A stretch of DNA of 43,101 nucleotides from an uncultured Candidatus Marinamargulisbacteria bacterium (GTDB lineage Bacteria; Margulisbacteria; Marinamargulisbacteria; GCA-2716485; CAXFGY01), in NCBI GenBank assembly GCA_964002605.1, contig CAXFGY010000001.1:1-43101 (forward strand), written 5' to 3'. Every line of letters starts with the position of its first letter. Position 1 is the stretch's first letter. Under the pieces are notes generated by a model, which was given only the letters and a program-made list of their open reading frames with translations, was not told the DNA's origin and did not search any database. Below, piece by piece: positions 28,189 to 36,399 of this stretch. Both the position numbers and the translations under genes were made by a program.

Positions 28189-29361
28189 ATGAAATTTAAA
28201 TGTAATAGTATAGATCTTCAAAAAGCAATTAATATTGTAGAAAAAGCCATTGCAGTCCGATCTGCATTGCCTATTTTAGAGAATATTTACATGGATTTAT
28301 CTGATAATCAACTCATATTAAGAGGCAATGATTTAGAGTTGGGAATTGAATATAGAATGCCAATAAATAGCATTGAAGAACCAGGAACTATTTTAACAAA
28401 ATCTAAAACAATGAGTAGCATTATTGCGAAGCTTCCTAATCAGTCATTAAATTTAACAGTAAAAGAAGAAAAAATAAAAATTACAGGTAATAATGCAGAT
28501 TTTACAATTCATAGTGAAAACTCAGAGGATTATCCCGTATTCCCCAGTATTGAATCTGGACAATTAGTTCATTTTACTGTTGCTGAGTTACGTCAATTAA
28601 TTCAACATACTGTTTTTTCTGTTTCATTTGATGAAACTAAAAAATTCTTAAATGGGATTTTAATTAAAAATCAAGATAAAAAGTTAGTGTTTGTAGCAAC
28701 AGATGGATATCGATTAGCATTAAAAAAGTCTAAGACCACAACGATTGACACTAATTTTGAAGTCATTGCCCCGTATAAAGCCGTCTATGAATTAAATAAA
28801 ATTTTACAAGGTGTTGCTGATGACCAGGAAATTCAAATGAGTGTTTCTGAAAAACAAGTAGCTTTTAAGATGGATCAATTGGTACTTATTTCTAGGGTAA
28901 TTCAAGGTCAATTTCCTGATTATAATCAAGTTATTCCTGATTCCTCGGAATATAGGTATAATATATCTAAAGACGAGTTATTGATTGCTGCAGAACGAGC
29001 AGCAATTATTGCTTCTTCATCTAATAATGTTGTTAAGTTATTATTTGATAATAATCAGTTAGTAATCACCGCCTCTGCCCCTGCATTAGGAGACTTTAAG
29101 GAGTCTTTACAGACAAAAGAAGGGAGTTGCTCTCACTCTGCAAAAATAGCATTAAATGTTCGCTTAATTCTTGATGTAATTAAAATTATAGATACTGATG
29201 AAGTATCTTTCTTATTTAATAATGAATTAAGCCCATGTCAATTAATTCCCCTTACTGATAATTCTTTTACTTATATTATTATGCCGATTAGAACAAGTGA
29301 TTTTCAAACAACCCCTGAAACAGTAAATGTTGAGTCTGAAGTTGAGGTCACATCTACTTAA
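28189..29361 (+). CDS. dnaN: DNA polymerase III beta sliding clamp
   Basis: N-terminus MKFKCNSIDLQKAINIVEKAIAVRSALPILENIYM, ATDGYRLA and QGQFPDY. Position is upstream of recF. Confidence 0.95.
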   Translation: MKFKCNSIDLQKAINIVEKAIAVRSALPILENIYMDLSDNQLILRGNDLELGIEYRMPINSIEEPGTILTKSKTMSSIIAKLPNQSLNLTVKEEKIKITGNNADFTIHSENSEDYPVFPSIESGQLVHFTVAELRQLIQHTVFSVSFDETKKFLNGILIKNQDKKLVFVATDGYRLALKKSKTTTIDTNFEVIAPYKAVYELNKILQGVADDQEIQMSVSEKQVAFKMDQLVLISRVIQGQFPDYNQVIPDSSEYRYNISKDELLIAAERAAIIASSSNNVVKLLFDNNQLVITASAPALGDFKESLQTKEGSCSHSAKIALNVRLILDVIKIIDTDEVSFLFNNELSPCQLIPLTDNSFTYIIMPIRTSDFQTTPETVNVESEVEVTST

Positions 29362-29368
29362 CGTATAA

Positions 29369-30469
29369 ATGTTAAAGCGGTACTTTGTTAAGTCGTACCG
29401 AAACTTACAAGAAACGGTTTTATTAATTGAAGATAACCGTTCAGTTGTCGTTTGGGGAAATAATAACCAGGGGAAAACTAATTTTTTAGAGTCGTTATTT
29501 ACAGTGATCAATGGGTTTTCACCAGTACAGTCTGATCGAAATTTATTAATTTGTAGCGATTCAGAAGAGGGGGTTATTGGTATTGAGTTTGAATCTACTA
29601 TTAATGGAGAAATAAGTACAAGTAATAATCAGCTCTATATTAAGTTAACTCGTAATGGTCAGCGATATATGACGTTTAATCGTCAGAATATGCTTTCTTT
29701 TTTACCTTTAAAAAAATGGATAGAATGTTATTTTTTAAATGCAGATATTATCCGTCTATTTCAAGATAGTGCAGAAGGTCGTCGAAAAACACTTGATGAA
29801 TGTTGTTGTATTTATGATAAACGGTATAGGCAGATTTTAAAAAAATATCGAGCAACATTAAAACAAAAAAATAAAAGCCTTAAATCAGGGGCTGACTTTT
29901 CACTGATTACAACCTTTAATCAACAGTTAGCAATATATGCACAAGAGTTACTTATTGTTAGGCATCGTGTTATTCATCAGCTAACTCCTCTTTTAACTCG
30001 ATTTTTAAAAAGTAACATCAATGAGTCCATTGAGTTGGTAGCAATTCATTATTGTGAAAAAAAGAGGTTTGATGGAGAGCTATCTCATTATTCAGAGTGG
30101 TTATATGCGGAGTTACAATCTCAATTTCAAAAAGAATCCTTGGTTGGATATTCTTTGCTGGGACCTCATCGAGATGATTTTGAAATTTATATCAATAATC
30201 AATTATTATTTACATCATTTTCACGTGGTATAAACCGTATTGTTGCACTTGGGTTTAATCTTGCAATCATTGAGTTAAAAAAACAGTTTTTAAATACAGT
30301 TTTATTATTAGATGATGTTTTTGCAGAGTTAGATGATACTCATAAACAACGATTAATTTCTGAAATGGAAACAAAGGCACAGTTAATTTATGCCACAGTC
30401 ATGGAATCAGATTGTAAGTTTTTTAAAAACCCTTTAGTTTATGAAGTTAAACAAGGGGAATTAGTATGA
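29369..30469 (+). CDS. recF: DNA replication and repair protein RecF
   Basis: RecF-type Walker A GNNNQGKTNFLESL, signature region GPHRDDF, and Walker B LLLDDVFAELD. Confidence 0.92.
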   Translation: MLKRYFVKSYRNLQETVLLIEDNRSVVVWGNNNQGKTNFLESLFTVINGFSPVQSDRNLLICSDSEEGVIGIEFESTINGEISTSNNQLYIKLTRNGQRYMTFNRQNMLSFLPLKKWIECYFLNADIIRLFQDSAEGRRKTLDECCCIYDKRYRQILKKYRATLKQKNKSLKSGADFSLITTFNQQLAIYAQELLIVRHRVIHQLTPLLTRFLKSNINESIELVAIHYCEKKRFDGELSHYSEWLYAELQSQFQKESLVGYSLLGPHRDDFEIYINNQLLFTSFSRGINRIVALGFNLAIIELKKQFLNTVLLLDDVFAELDDTHKQRLISEMETKAQLIYATVMESDCKFFKNPLVYEVKQGELV

Positions 30470-30933
30470 AATCATTAGGTTATATTGTGGATTCATTTTC
30501 AGGGCAAGCACTTAAAGAAGTAAAGATAAGCCATTATATTAAATCAATCATTATTCCATTATGGGGGACTATTTTAGGAAAATTAGCATTAGAGTTTCAG
30601 TTTGAGCATGTCAGATATCGGCAATTGTATATATCAACAGGGAATCCAATTTGGAAATCAGAAATAAAATATCATGAGAAAATGATTGTAGAGCGTTTAA
30701 ATAAACAGCTACCTAAATCACTTTATTTTAAAGGAATTCGTGTTTTTTATAAACAACAAACTACAGAGGCAATTGACCAAGAAAAGCAAGTAAAAAAAAG
30801 TCGGCATCAGCATTTTAAAGATCAGATTCAACAAGAAAATAAAAGGAAGCAACAATTGGGAGCTACTCCGTGTCTTTCCTGCTCTTCAGTGTTAACTGTA
30901 GATAAAGTTTGTGTCTTTTGTAGACTTCAGTAA
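30466..30933 (+). CDS. DUF721-like protein with C-terminal Cys4 zinc-ribbon
   Basis: Canonical position after recF with an ATGA overlap. C-terminal CLSC...x11...CVFC. Confidence 0.65.
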   Translation: MKSLGYIVDSFSGQALKEVKISHYIKSIIIPLWGTILGKLALEFQFEHVRYRQLYISTGNPIWKSEIKYHEKMIVERLNKQLPKSLYFKGIRVFYKQQTTEAIDQEKQVKKSRHQHFKDQIQQENKRKQQLGATPCLSCSSVLTVDKVCVFCRLQ

Positions 30934-31037
30934 AGTGATGATGGTAAGATAAACTCCCTATTAGCACAAAAAAGTGCACATTCTGATTTAAAGTAGTGAG
31001 TTAGAAGTTTTTAATTAAAATTTATTAAGGAGGAAAT

Positions 31038-31121
31038 ATGGGTAGTTTAATCAAAAAGCGTCGTAAAAAAATGAGAAAGCATAAATATAAAAAATACGGC
31101 AAAAAAATGAAAAAGAAATAA
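31038..31121 (+). CDS. bS22-like small basic ribosomal peptide (27 aa), absent from the ORF track
   Basis: AAGGAGG lies 6-7 nt upstream of the ATG. The product MGSLIKKRRKKMRKHKYKKYGKKMKKK matches the MGS(V/L)IKKRRKRM.K.K signature of bS22/AURKAIP1-like peptides. Confidence 0.7.
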   Translation: MGSLIKKRRKKMRKHKYKKYGKKMKKK

Positions 31122-31280
31122 TTTTAAACTTATTTTACGTCCTTAGCAAAGAATTAATGTAGCTAAATATATGAAATTTCCGATCACAATGTAGACCTAG
31201 AATACTGTAGAATTAATTTTTTTATATCGTTTTTTTGTCTTGTTTTTTTAGATAATGAAAGCATATATTTTTTAGTATAT

Positions 31281-31421
31281 GGCTCTGTTGCGAAATGTTT
31301 AATCTTCACAATTTTCACCTTGATTATGTAGCGTAGCACCACTTCCTCAGGCGATAAATTGCAAACCTTGTGCCTTTGGCGACATCGCAATCGATCGAAT
31401 TTTCTATTTTGTGACAGTCCT
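31281..31421 (+). mobile_element. Copy B of the ~141-nt TIR element, flanked by TATAT/TATAT
   Basis: Ends are GGCTCTGTTGCGAAATG...CTATTTTGTGACAGTCCT. The 5-bp direct duplication is at 31276..31280 and 31422..31426. ORF 31184..31390(-) is an artefact of the repeat. Confidence 0.85.
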
Positions 31422-31457
31422 TATATGTACATATTAAATAACTATTTTGATGAATTT

Positions 31458-31598
31458 GGTATTGTCTTAAAATGACTAATCTACACAGTTTTGGTTTTTG
31501 TTATAGTGCACGGTACCATCGAATCAAGGAATAAATTATATATCTTAGACCTTTAGAGATATCGTAATAGATCAAATTTTTTTATTTTACACCACGCC
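31458..31598 (+). repeat. Copy B' of the repeat family (degenerate, about 65-70% identical)
   Basis: GGTATTGTCTTAAAATGACTAATCTACACAGTTTT matches GGCTCTGTCGCGAAAATGCCTAAGCTTTACAATTTT. GGAATAAATTATATATCTTAGACCTTT matches GGCGATAAATTGCAAATCTGATGCGTTT. The 3' 44 nt match copy C at 31/44. Confidence 0.7.
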
Positions 31599-31943
31599 AC
31601 ATAATGTGTTTTTGTTTTATTGCTAAACATTGTTGAAACCATCAATGGCGCTAAACCGACTAAGATTGTTGAACCCGCAGTCGTACCAAACCTAAAACAC
31701 GAATTACAAGTTCTATCCAAAACGACCTCCTACTGTACTAAACTCAGCAGTATCTTGTAACCAATAATTTAATTTTGTTTTTATTTTTATTAATATCATT
31801 TTTTAACTTTTATATTATATTATCGATATTTAGAGAAAATGTTGCATGCATTTTTTCATACTTCTATTTTGTAATAAGCTCAATTTGTAAAACCTGACTA
31901 GGTGATACTGTTCAACATAACAGCAACATTAATTTTTATTATT

Positions 31944-32086
31944 GGCTCTGTCGCGAAAATGCCTAAGCTTTACAATTTTTACCTTCATTATGTCGTTCTG
32001 AGCCACTGCTTCAGGCGATAAATTGCAAATCTGATGCGTTTGGCGACATCGTAATCGATCGGTTTTTTCTATTTTGCGACAGGCCT
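31944..32086 (+). mobile_element. Copy C of the ~141-nt TIR element, flanked by TTATT/TTATT (best-preserved copy)
   Basis: The 5' GGC-T-CTGTCGC-G-AAAAT pairs with the 3' ATTTT-GCGACAG-GCC(T), giving 15 bp with two bulges. The duplication is at 31939..31943 and 32087..32091. The copy lies about 100 nt upstream of the 527-aa ORF. Confidence 0.88.
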
Positions 32087-32183
32087 TTATTTGTAATAGC
32101 CTTAAATTTATTTACCCTCTCTTTAGTGTTTAATCCACCAAAACTTTGGGTAGTTAACTTCATGTCATATCGGTTAAGAAAAC

Positions 32184-33767
32184 ATGGAGTTTACCAAAAT
32201 GAAAATAGGTAGCCTTACGAGTTCAAGTACTTATTCAAAAGTGATAAGTAATCAGTTAGATACTAGTAGAAAAGTCAAACAAAAAGAAAATAGTTATGTA
32301 AGTAATGGTGAAATTAATCAAACCATTATTTTAAAAAAAATTAATGAATTACATCTTCAATTTTCTTCTGATTTTTTAGTGATTAAGAGTAGTTCAATTG
32401 AAGAATCATTGAAATACTTTTTTAATACTATTTATAATACTCAAAAAGATCAGCAGCATACAAATCAACGGTTAAGTGATAATCAATTGATTGCCGTAAA
32501 GTCACTTTATGATTTATTGCAAGAATTACGTCAATTTAACTGTACGTGTGCGGAGGATATTTTTACAGGGTATGTCGCTGTTTTTGGTGGTTGGTCAAGA
32601 AATTTGAGATATAATTATTGTGAAAATGAGAAAGGTCAGACACTAATATCAGGGTATAAATACATTGATAACGATATAAACTGTACAGCGTTAACTTCTT
32701 ATTTAAAAGATGTATTAGCATATGAAAAATTAAAGTTAGAGACGCAACAGTCTGATTGTAATAACAGTAGAATTAATCATCACTCTGCTTCTAAGATTCA
32801 AAATTTAATTTCTATAACCCAAGAAATACACCCTAAAGTTAATCATAGAAAGTCATTTAAATGTGTTCCAAAAAATAATTCTTCCATTTCTATTTCCTTT
32901 TTTATTAGGCGGTGTAATAGTATGCCAGATTCATTTTTAGAGTCGATGATTTATAATACATATCGAAAAGATAAAGCACCTGAGGTTAGGCCGTCTACAG
33001 CAATAAGTGTCTTAAAAGGACCAAATGGAAAGCCAATTGTTAGTAATAAAGGAAATTCTATTGCAATCGGTTTACTTGGAGATGCATTTCCTTTTAAAAA
33101 ATCAGGTCACTTATGTGACTGGAGTGAACAAGGTGAGTTTGTGTTTGATAATACAGCAGAAATGGTTACGGCGCAAAAATGTGATATTTGGAGTGGCCCA
33201 ATTCCGCTTCACACTTATAATGGTGTCATTGATCGACATCAATTTCAATTTGATATGGAAAAACGTGCAGCGGTTTCACAAGAGACTCATATTGAAGGAA
33301 AGTGGTTAGACAAAGCCTTATTGTATGAAAAGATGCTTAATCAAGCAAATAAAGCGTTAGGTTTTAAGCCGATGGGATCCTATCATAAAACTGGGAAGGG
33401 GCGCTGTTGGGGGATACCTAAAAATAAATATAGTAATTATGTTAAACTATTTAACCAATTTGGCGTTATTCCTCACAATGAAGCCTTTATGATTCATGAT
33501 TTACGAGTTCCTTTTCGAATAGGAATTAATACCCATTCAAAAACAGCATTTAAAAACTCTTTAAAGCTGTATATTAATACAGTTCGTTTTCTAAAGCAAA
33601 AAAGATACTATGATCTAGCAAAAAAAATAACATTAGTCATTTACAATAATCAAACAGGGGAAGTAAAGCACGTTAATCCAGAGCATCTGTATCAACTATA
33701 CTTATTGACGCCGGATTGTTATACAATAGATCATCAATATATTCATCCAGAAGATCGGTTCACTTAA
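32184..33767 (+). CDS. Orphan 527-aa protein, no recognisable domain
   Basis: Long uninterrupted ORF with a Ser/Thr-rich N-terminus (MKIGSLTSSSTYSKVISNQLDTS), about 13 Cys, and no TM segment or signal peptide. An alternative start at 32199 has GGAG 9 nt upstream. Confidence 0.6.
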   Translation: MEFTKMKIGSLTSSSTYSKVISNQLDTSRKVKQKENSYVSNGEINQTIILKKINELHLQFSSDFLVIKSSSIEESLKYFFNTIYNTQKDQQHTNQRLSDNQLIAVKSLYDLLQELRQFNCTCAEDIFTGYVAVFGGWSRNLRYNYCENEKGQTLISGYKYIDNDINCTALTSYLKDVLAYEKLKLETQQSDCNNSRINHHSASKIQNLISITQEIHPKVNHRKSFKCVPKNNSSISISFFIRRCNSMPDSFLESMIYNTYRKDKAPEVRPSTAISVLKGPNGKPIVSNKGNSIAIGLLGDAFPFKKSGHLCDWSEQGEFVFDNTAEMVTAQKCDIWSGPIPLHTYNGVIDRHQFQFDMEKRAAVSQETHIEGKWLDKALLYEKMLNQANKALGFKPMGSYHKTGKGRCWGIPKNKYSNYVKLFNQFGVIPHNEAFMIHDLRVPFRIGINTHSKTAFKNSLKLYINTVRFLKQKRYYDLAKKITLVIYNNQTGEVKHVNPEHLYQLYLLTPDCYTIDHQYIHPEDRFT

Positions 33768-33835
33768 AAGAGATATCATTTTTTATTTTTTATCAGTCTT
33801 GTATGGATAGTTATGGTAAAATAGAGTAAAGAGAA

Positions 33836-35050
33836 ATGACTAAAAATAATAATGCCAAACGATCTAAAAAACGTAAAGTAATACGGATTAAAAACTTATT
33901 GCAACAAGAGGTTAAACCACAGCCTATTTCTCCTAAACTGACAGAAAAGGATAAAGATGTCTCTATTATAGATGAGCAACTATCTTATGATCAAATCTTA
34001 ACAAAGCATCACACTCAAGCAAAAGGAGAAATTGAACTTTTAAGACAAAATACTTTAGCTGAGTTAGAGCAAGTTCGTAAAAACCGGTTAAATGATATAG
34101 AGAATGAAGTTCAAGTTAAGTTACAACAAGGCTATGAAGATGGATACAGTAAAGGATATCAAGAGGGACAAACGAAGTTAGAGGGGGTGGCTAATGAGTT
34201 TTTAGGAATGCTTAATCAAGCGGTGGAAGAAAAAAACAACATTTTAAATTCAGCAGGTCAAGACTTACTCAATTTAAGTTTTAAGGTAGCCGAAAAAATT
34301 ATTCAAACTCAGTTAAATCAAAATTCAACTATATTTAAAAATATATTAGAAGAGGCGATTAGTCAGGTGACAGAAAAAGATAAAGTCTTAATTAGAGTAA
34401 GTCAGGCAGATTTTGAAGCGATTCAAAGTTATCGTTCTGAACTTGAAATAAAGTTTAAAGATATCAAGCAGTTGGATATCACTGCAGATTCAGATATTGC
34501 TGTTGGGGGATGCATTATAGAAACAAAGCTAGGATATATTGACTCTAGCATAGCAACAAAAAAAGAATTAATTCAACGGGCTTTTACAACGCTCTATCAT
34601 GAAATTGATCATCCAGATACAGCCGCTAACCACCAAAAAACAGATACAGATACGCTTTCTGACCCCTCCCTTGCCAATACGCCAGCTACTGAGTTGGATG
34701 ACAACACGGTGTTTGAAGAATCAGAGCGAACTGAAACAGAAGATACGATTAGTGATAGTGCAATGGATGAGGTGATTTCTGAAGAAGGGACGTTAGTTGA
34801 ACCGGACGACATGATAGTGGATAGTGCAATGGATGAGGTTATTTCTGAAGAAGAGACGTTAATTGAATCGGATGACATGATAGCGGATAGTGCAATGGAT
34901 GAGGTGATTTCTGAAGAAGAGACGTTAATTGAACCGGATGACATGATAGCGGATAGTGCAATAGATGAGGTGGTTTCCGAAGAAGGTGCGCTCACTGAAG
35001 AGGATGATGTTAAAATAGAGGAACTGGATGATTTGTCGTTTGAGGATTAA
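33836..35050 (+). CDS. fliH: FliH/SctL-like export-ATPase regulator with acidic repeat C-terminal extension
   Basis: FliH core QQGYEDGYSKGYQEGQTK...LNLSFKVAEKIIQ...VLIRVSQADFEAI...DIAVGGCIIETKLGYIDSSIATK, directly upstream of the ATPase gene. Confidence 0.75.
   Translation: MTKNNNAKRSKKRKVIRIKNLLQQEVKPQPISPKLTEKDKDVSIIDEQLSYDQILTKHHTQAKGEIELLRQNTLAELEQVRKNRLNDIENEVQVKLQQGYEDGYSKGYQEGQTKLEGVANEFLGMLNQAVEEKNNILNSAGQDLLNLSFKVAEKIIQTQLNQNSTIFKNILEEAISQVTEKDKVLIRVSQADFEAIQSYRSELEIKFKDIKQLDITADSDIAVGGCIIETKLGYIDSSIATKKELIQRAFTTLYHEIDHPDTAANHQKTDTDTLSDPSLANTPATELDDNTVFEESERTETEDTISDSAMDEVISEEGTLVEPDDMIVDSAMDEVISEEETLIESDDMIADSAMDEVISEEETLIEPDDMIADSAIDEVVSEEGALTEEDDVKIEELDDLSFED
34754..35010 (+). 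repeat. About 3.9 tandem copies of a 66-nt (22-aa) in-frame acidic repeat inside fliH
   Basis: The unit GATAGTGCAATGGATGAGGTGATTTCTGAAGAAG... starts at 34754, 34820, 34886 and 34952. The encoded unit is DSAMDEVISEE(G/E)TL(V/I)E(P/S)DDMI(V/A). Confidence 0.9.
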
Positions 35051-35074
35051 TTTAATACAACATAGGTGTTTTAA

Positions 35075-36385
35075 GTGACATTATTGCAGTATAGCCATTA
35101 TATTAAACAGCTTGAAAAACTAAATTTATTACAAATTGTAGGTAAAGTAGTTCAAGTAGTCGGTTTAGTTGTTGAAGCCCAAGTTCAAGGGGTTTCTATT
35201 GGAGAGCTATGTAAAATTCAAATCAGTGCTAAACGATATATTTTATCTGAAGTCGTTGGATTTAAAGAAGCGTGTGTATTGTTGATGCCTTTGGGGAGTT
35301 TGGCCGGAATAAAACCAGGAAGTCGTATTTATGCAACTGGACATCCTATTCGAGTAAAAGTAGGGCCTCAGCTTTTGGGGCGTGTACTTGATGGACTAGG
35401 GAATCCTATGGATAATCATGGTGAATTAGAGTTTGATATGTACTATAACATTGATCAAGATCCCCCTGATCCAGTGAAGCGACCACGTATTTCACAGGTA
35501 CTAAAAACAGGTGTCAAAGCAATTGACGGTGTTCTTACTGTAGGCAAAGGACAACGAATTGGAATATTTGCTGGATCTGGGGTTGGAAAAAGTACGCTAA
35601 TGGGAATGTTAGCACGCAACTGTGAGGCAGATATTAACGTCATTAGTTTAGTAGGCGAGCGGGGGCGTGAAGTAAAAGATTTTATTGAAGAATCATTGGG
35701 AGAAGAAGGCTTAAAAAAATCTGTTGTTATTTGTGCAACATCGGACCAGCCACCAGTGATTCGGTTAAAAGCGGCAATGGTTGGTACGGCGATTGCTGAA
35801 TACTTTAGGGATCAAGGTAAAAATGTATTGTTTATGATGGATTCGGTCACTCGATTTGCAATGGCACAACGCGAAATTGGATTAGCGACAGGGGAGCCCC
35901 CTACAACAAAAGGATATACGCCGTCAGTATTTGCAATGTTGCCAAGGTTAATGGAGAGAGCTGGAACATCTGATAAAGGAAGTATAACAGCGATATATAC
36001 AGTTTTAGTTGAAGGAGATGATACAGATGAACCCATTGCGGATGCAACTCGCGGTATTTTAGATGGCCATATTATGTTATCTCGAGGGTTAGCGGCTAAA
36101 AATCATTATCCATGTATTGAAATTGGACATAGTGTAAGCCGGTTATTTCCTGTAATCACAACAAAATCACATCAGCAATCAGTGGGTAAGTTACGTGAAG
36201 TTTTAGCTCGGTATTACGAAGCAGAAGATTTAATTAATATTGGCGCTTATGTTAAGGGGAGTAATCCTAAAATTGATGAATCTATTGAAAAAATTGATGA
36301 TGTTAATCAGTTTCTGAAGCAAGGGACTTTCGATGTTGAGCCCTTTAATAATACAGTTCAGACATTAGAGGCTTTGTTTTATTAA
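35075..36385 (+). CDS. fliI: FliI/SctN-family type III export ATPase
   Basis: Walker A GSGVGKSTLMGM, Walker B VLFMMDSVTRFA, and LLGRVLDGLGNPMD. GTG start with AGGTG upstream. Confidence 0.92.
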   Translation: MTLLQYSHYIKQLEKLNLLQIVGKVVQVVGLVVEAQVQGVSIGELCKIQISAKRYILSEVVGFKEACVLLMPLGSLAGIKPGSRIYATGHPIRVKVGPQLLGRVLDGLGNPMDNHGELEFDMYYNIDQDPPDPVKRPRISQVLKTGVKAIDGVLTVGKGQRIGIFAGSGVGKSTLMGMLARNCEADINVISLVGERGREVKDFIEESLGEEGLKKSVVICATSDQPPVIRLKAAMVGTAIAEYFRDQGKNVLFMMDSVTRFAMAQREIGLATGEPPTTKGYTPSVFAMLPRLMERAGTSDKGSITAIYTVLVEGDDTDEPIADATRGILDGHIMLSRGLAAKNHYPCIEIGHSVSRLFPVITTKSHQQSVGKLREVLARYYEAEDLINIGAYVKGSNPKIDESIEKIDDVNQFLKQGTFDVEPFNNTVQTLEALFY

Positions 36386-36399
36386 AAAGTGTTTAGATT

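Noticed and set aside
31281-32086. Several direct repeats in a non-coding stretch, raising the possibility of a CRISPR array.
   Set aside because: The repeat units are ~141 nt, not 24-48 nt. Spacing is irregular (37 nt and 345 nt). The repeats diverge by 15-35%. Copies occur dispersed and inverted elsewhere, and no cas genes are present.
34609-34995. 128-aa Ser-rich repetitive ORF on the minus strand.
   Set aside because: It is the antisense reading of the acidic 66-nt tandem repeats inside the FliH-like gene. The sense frame continues a conserved FliH domain.
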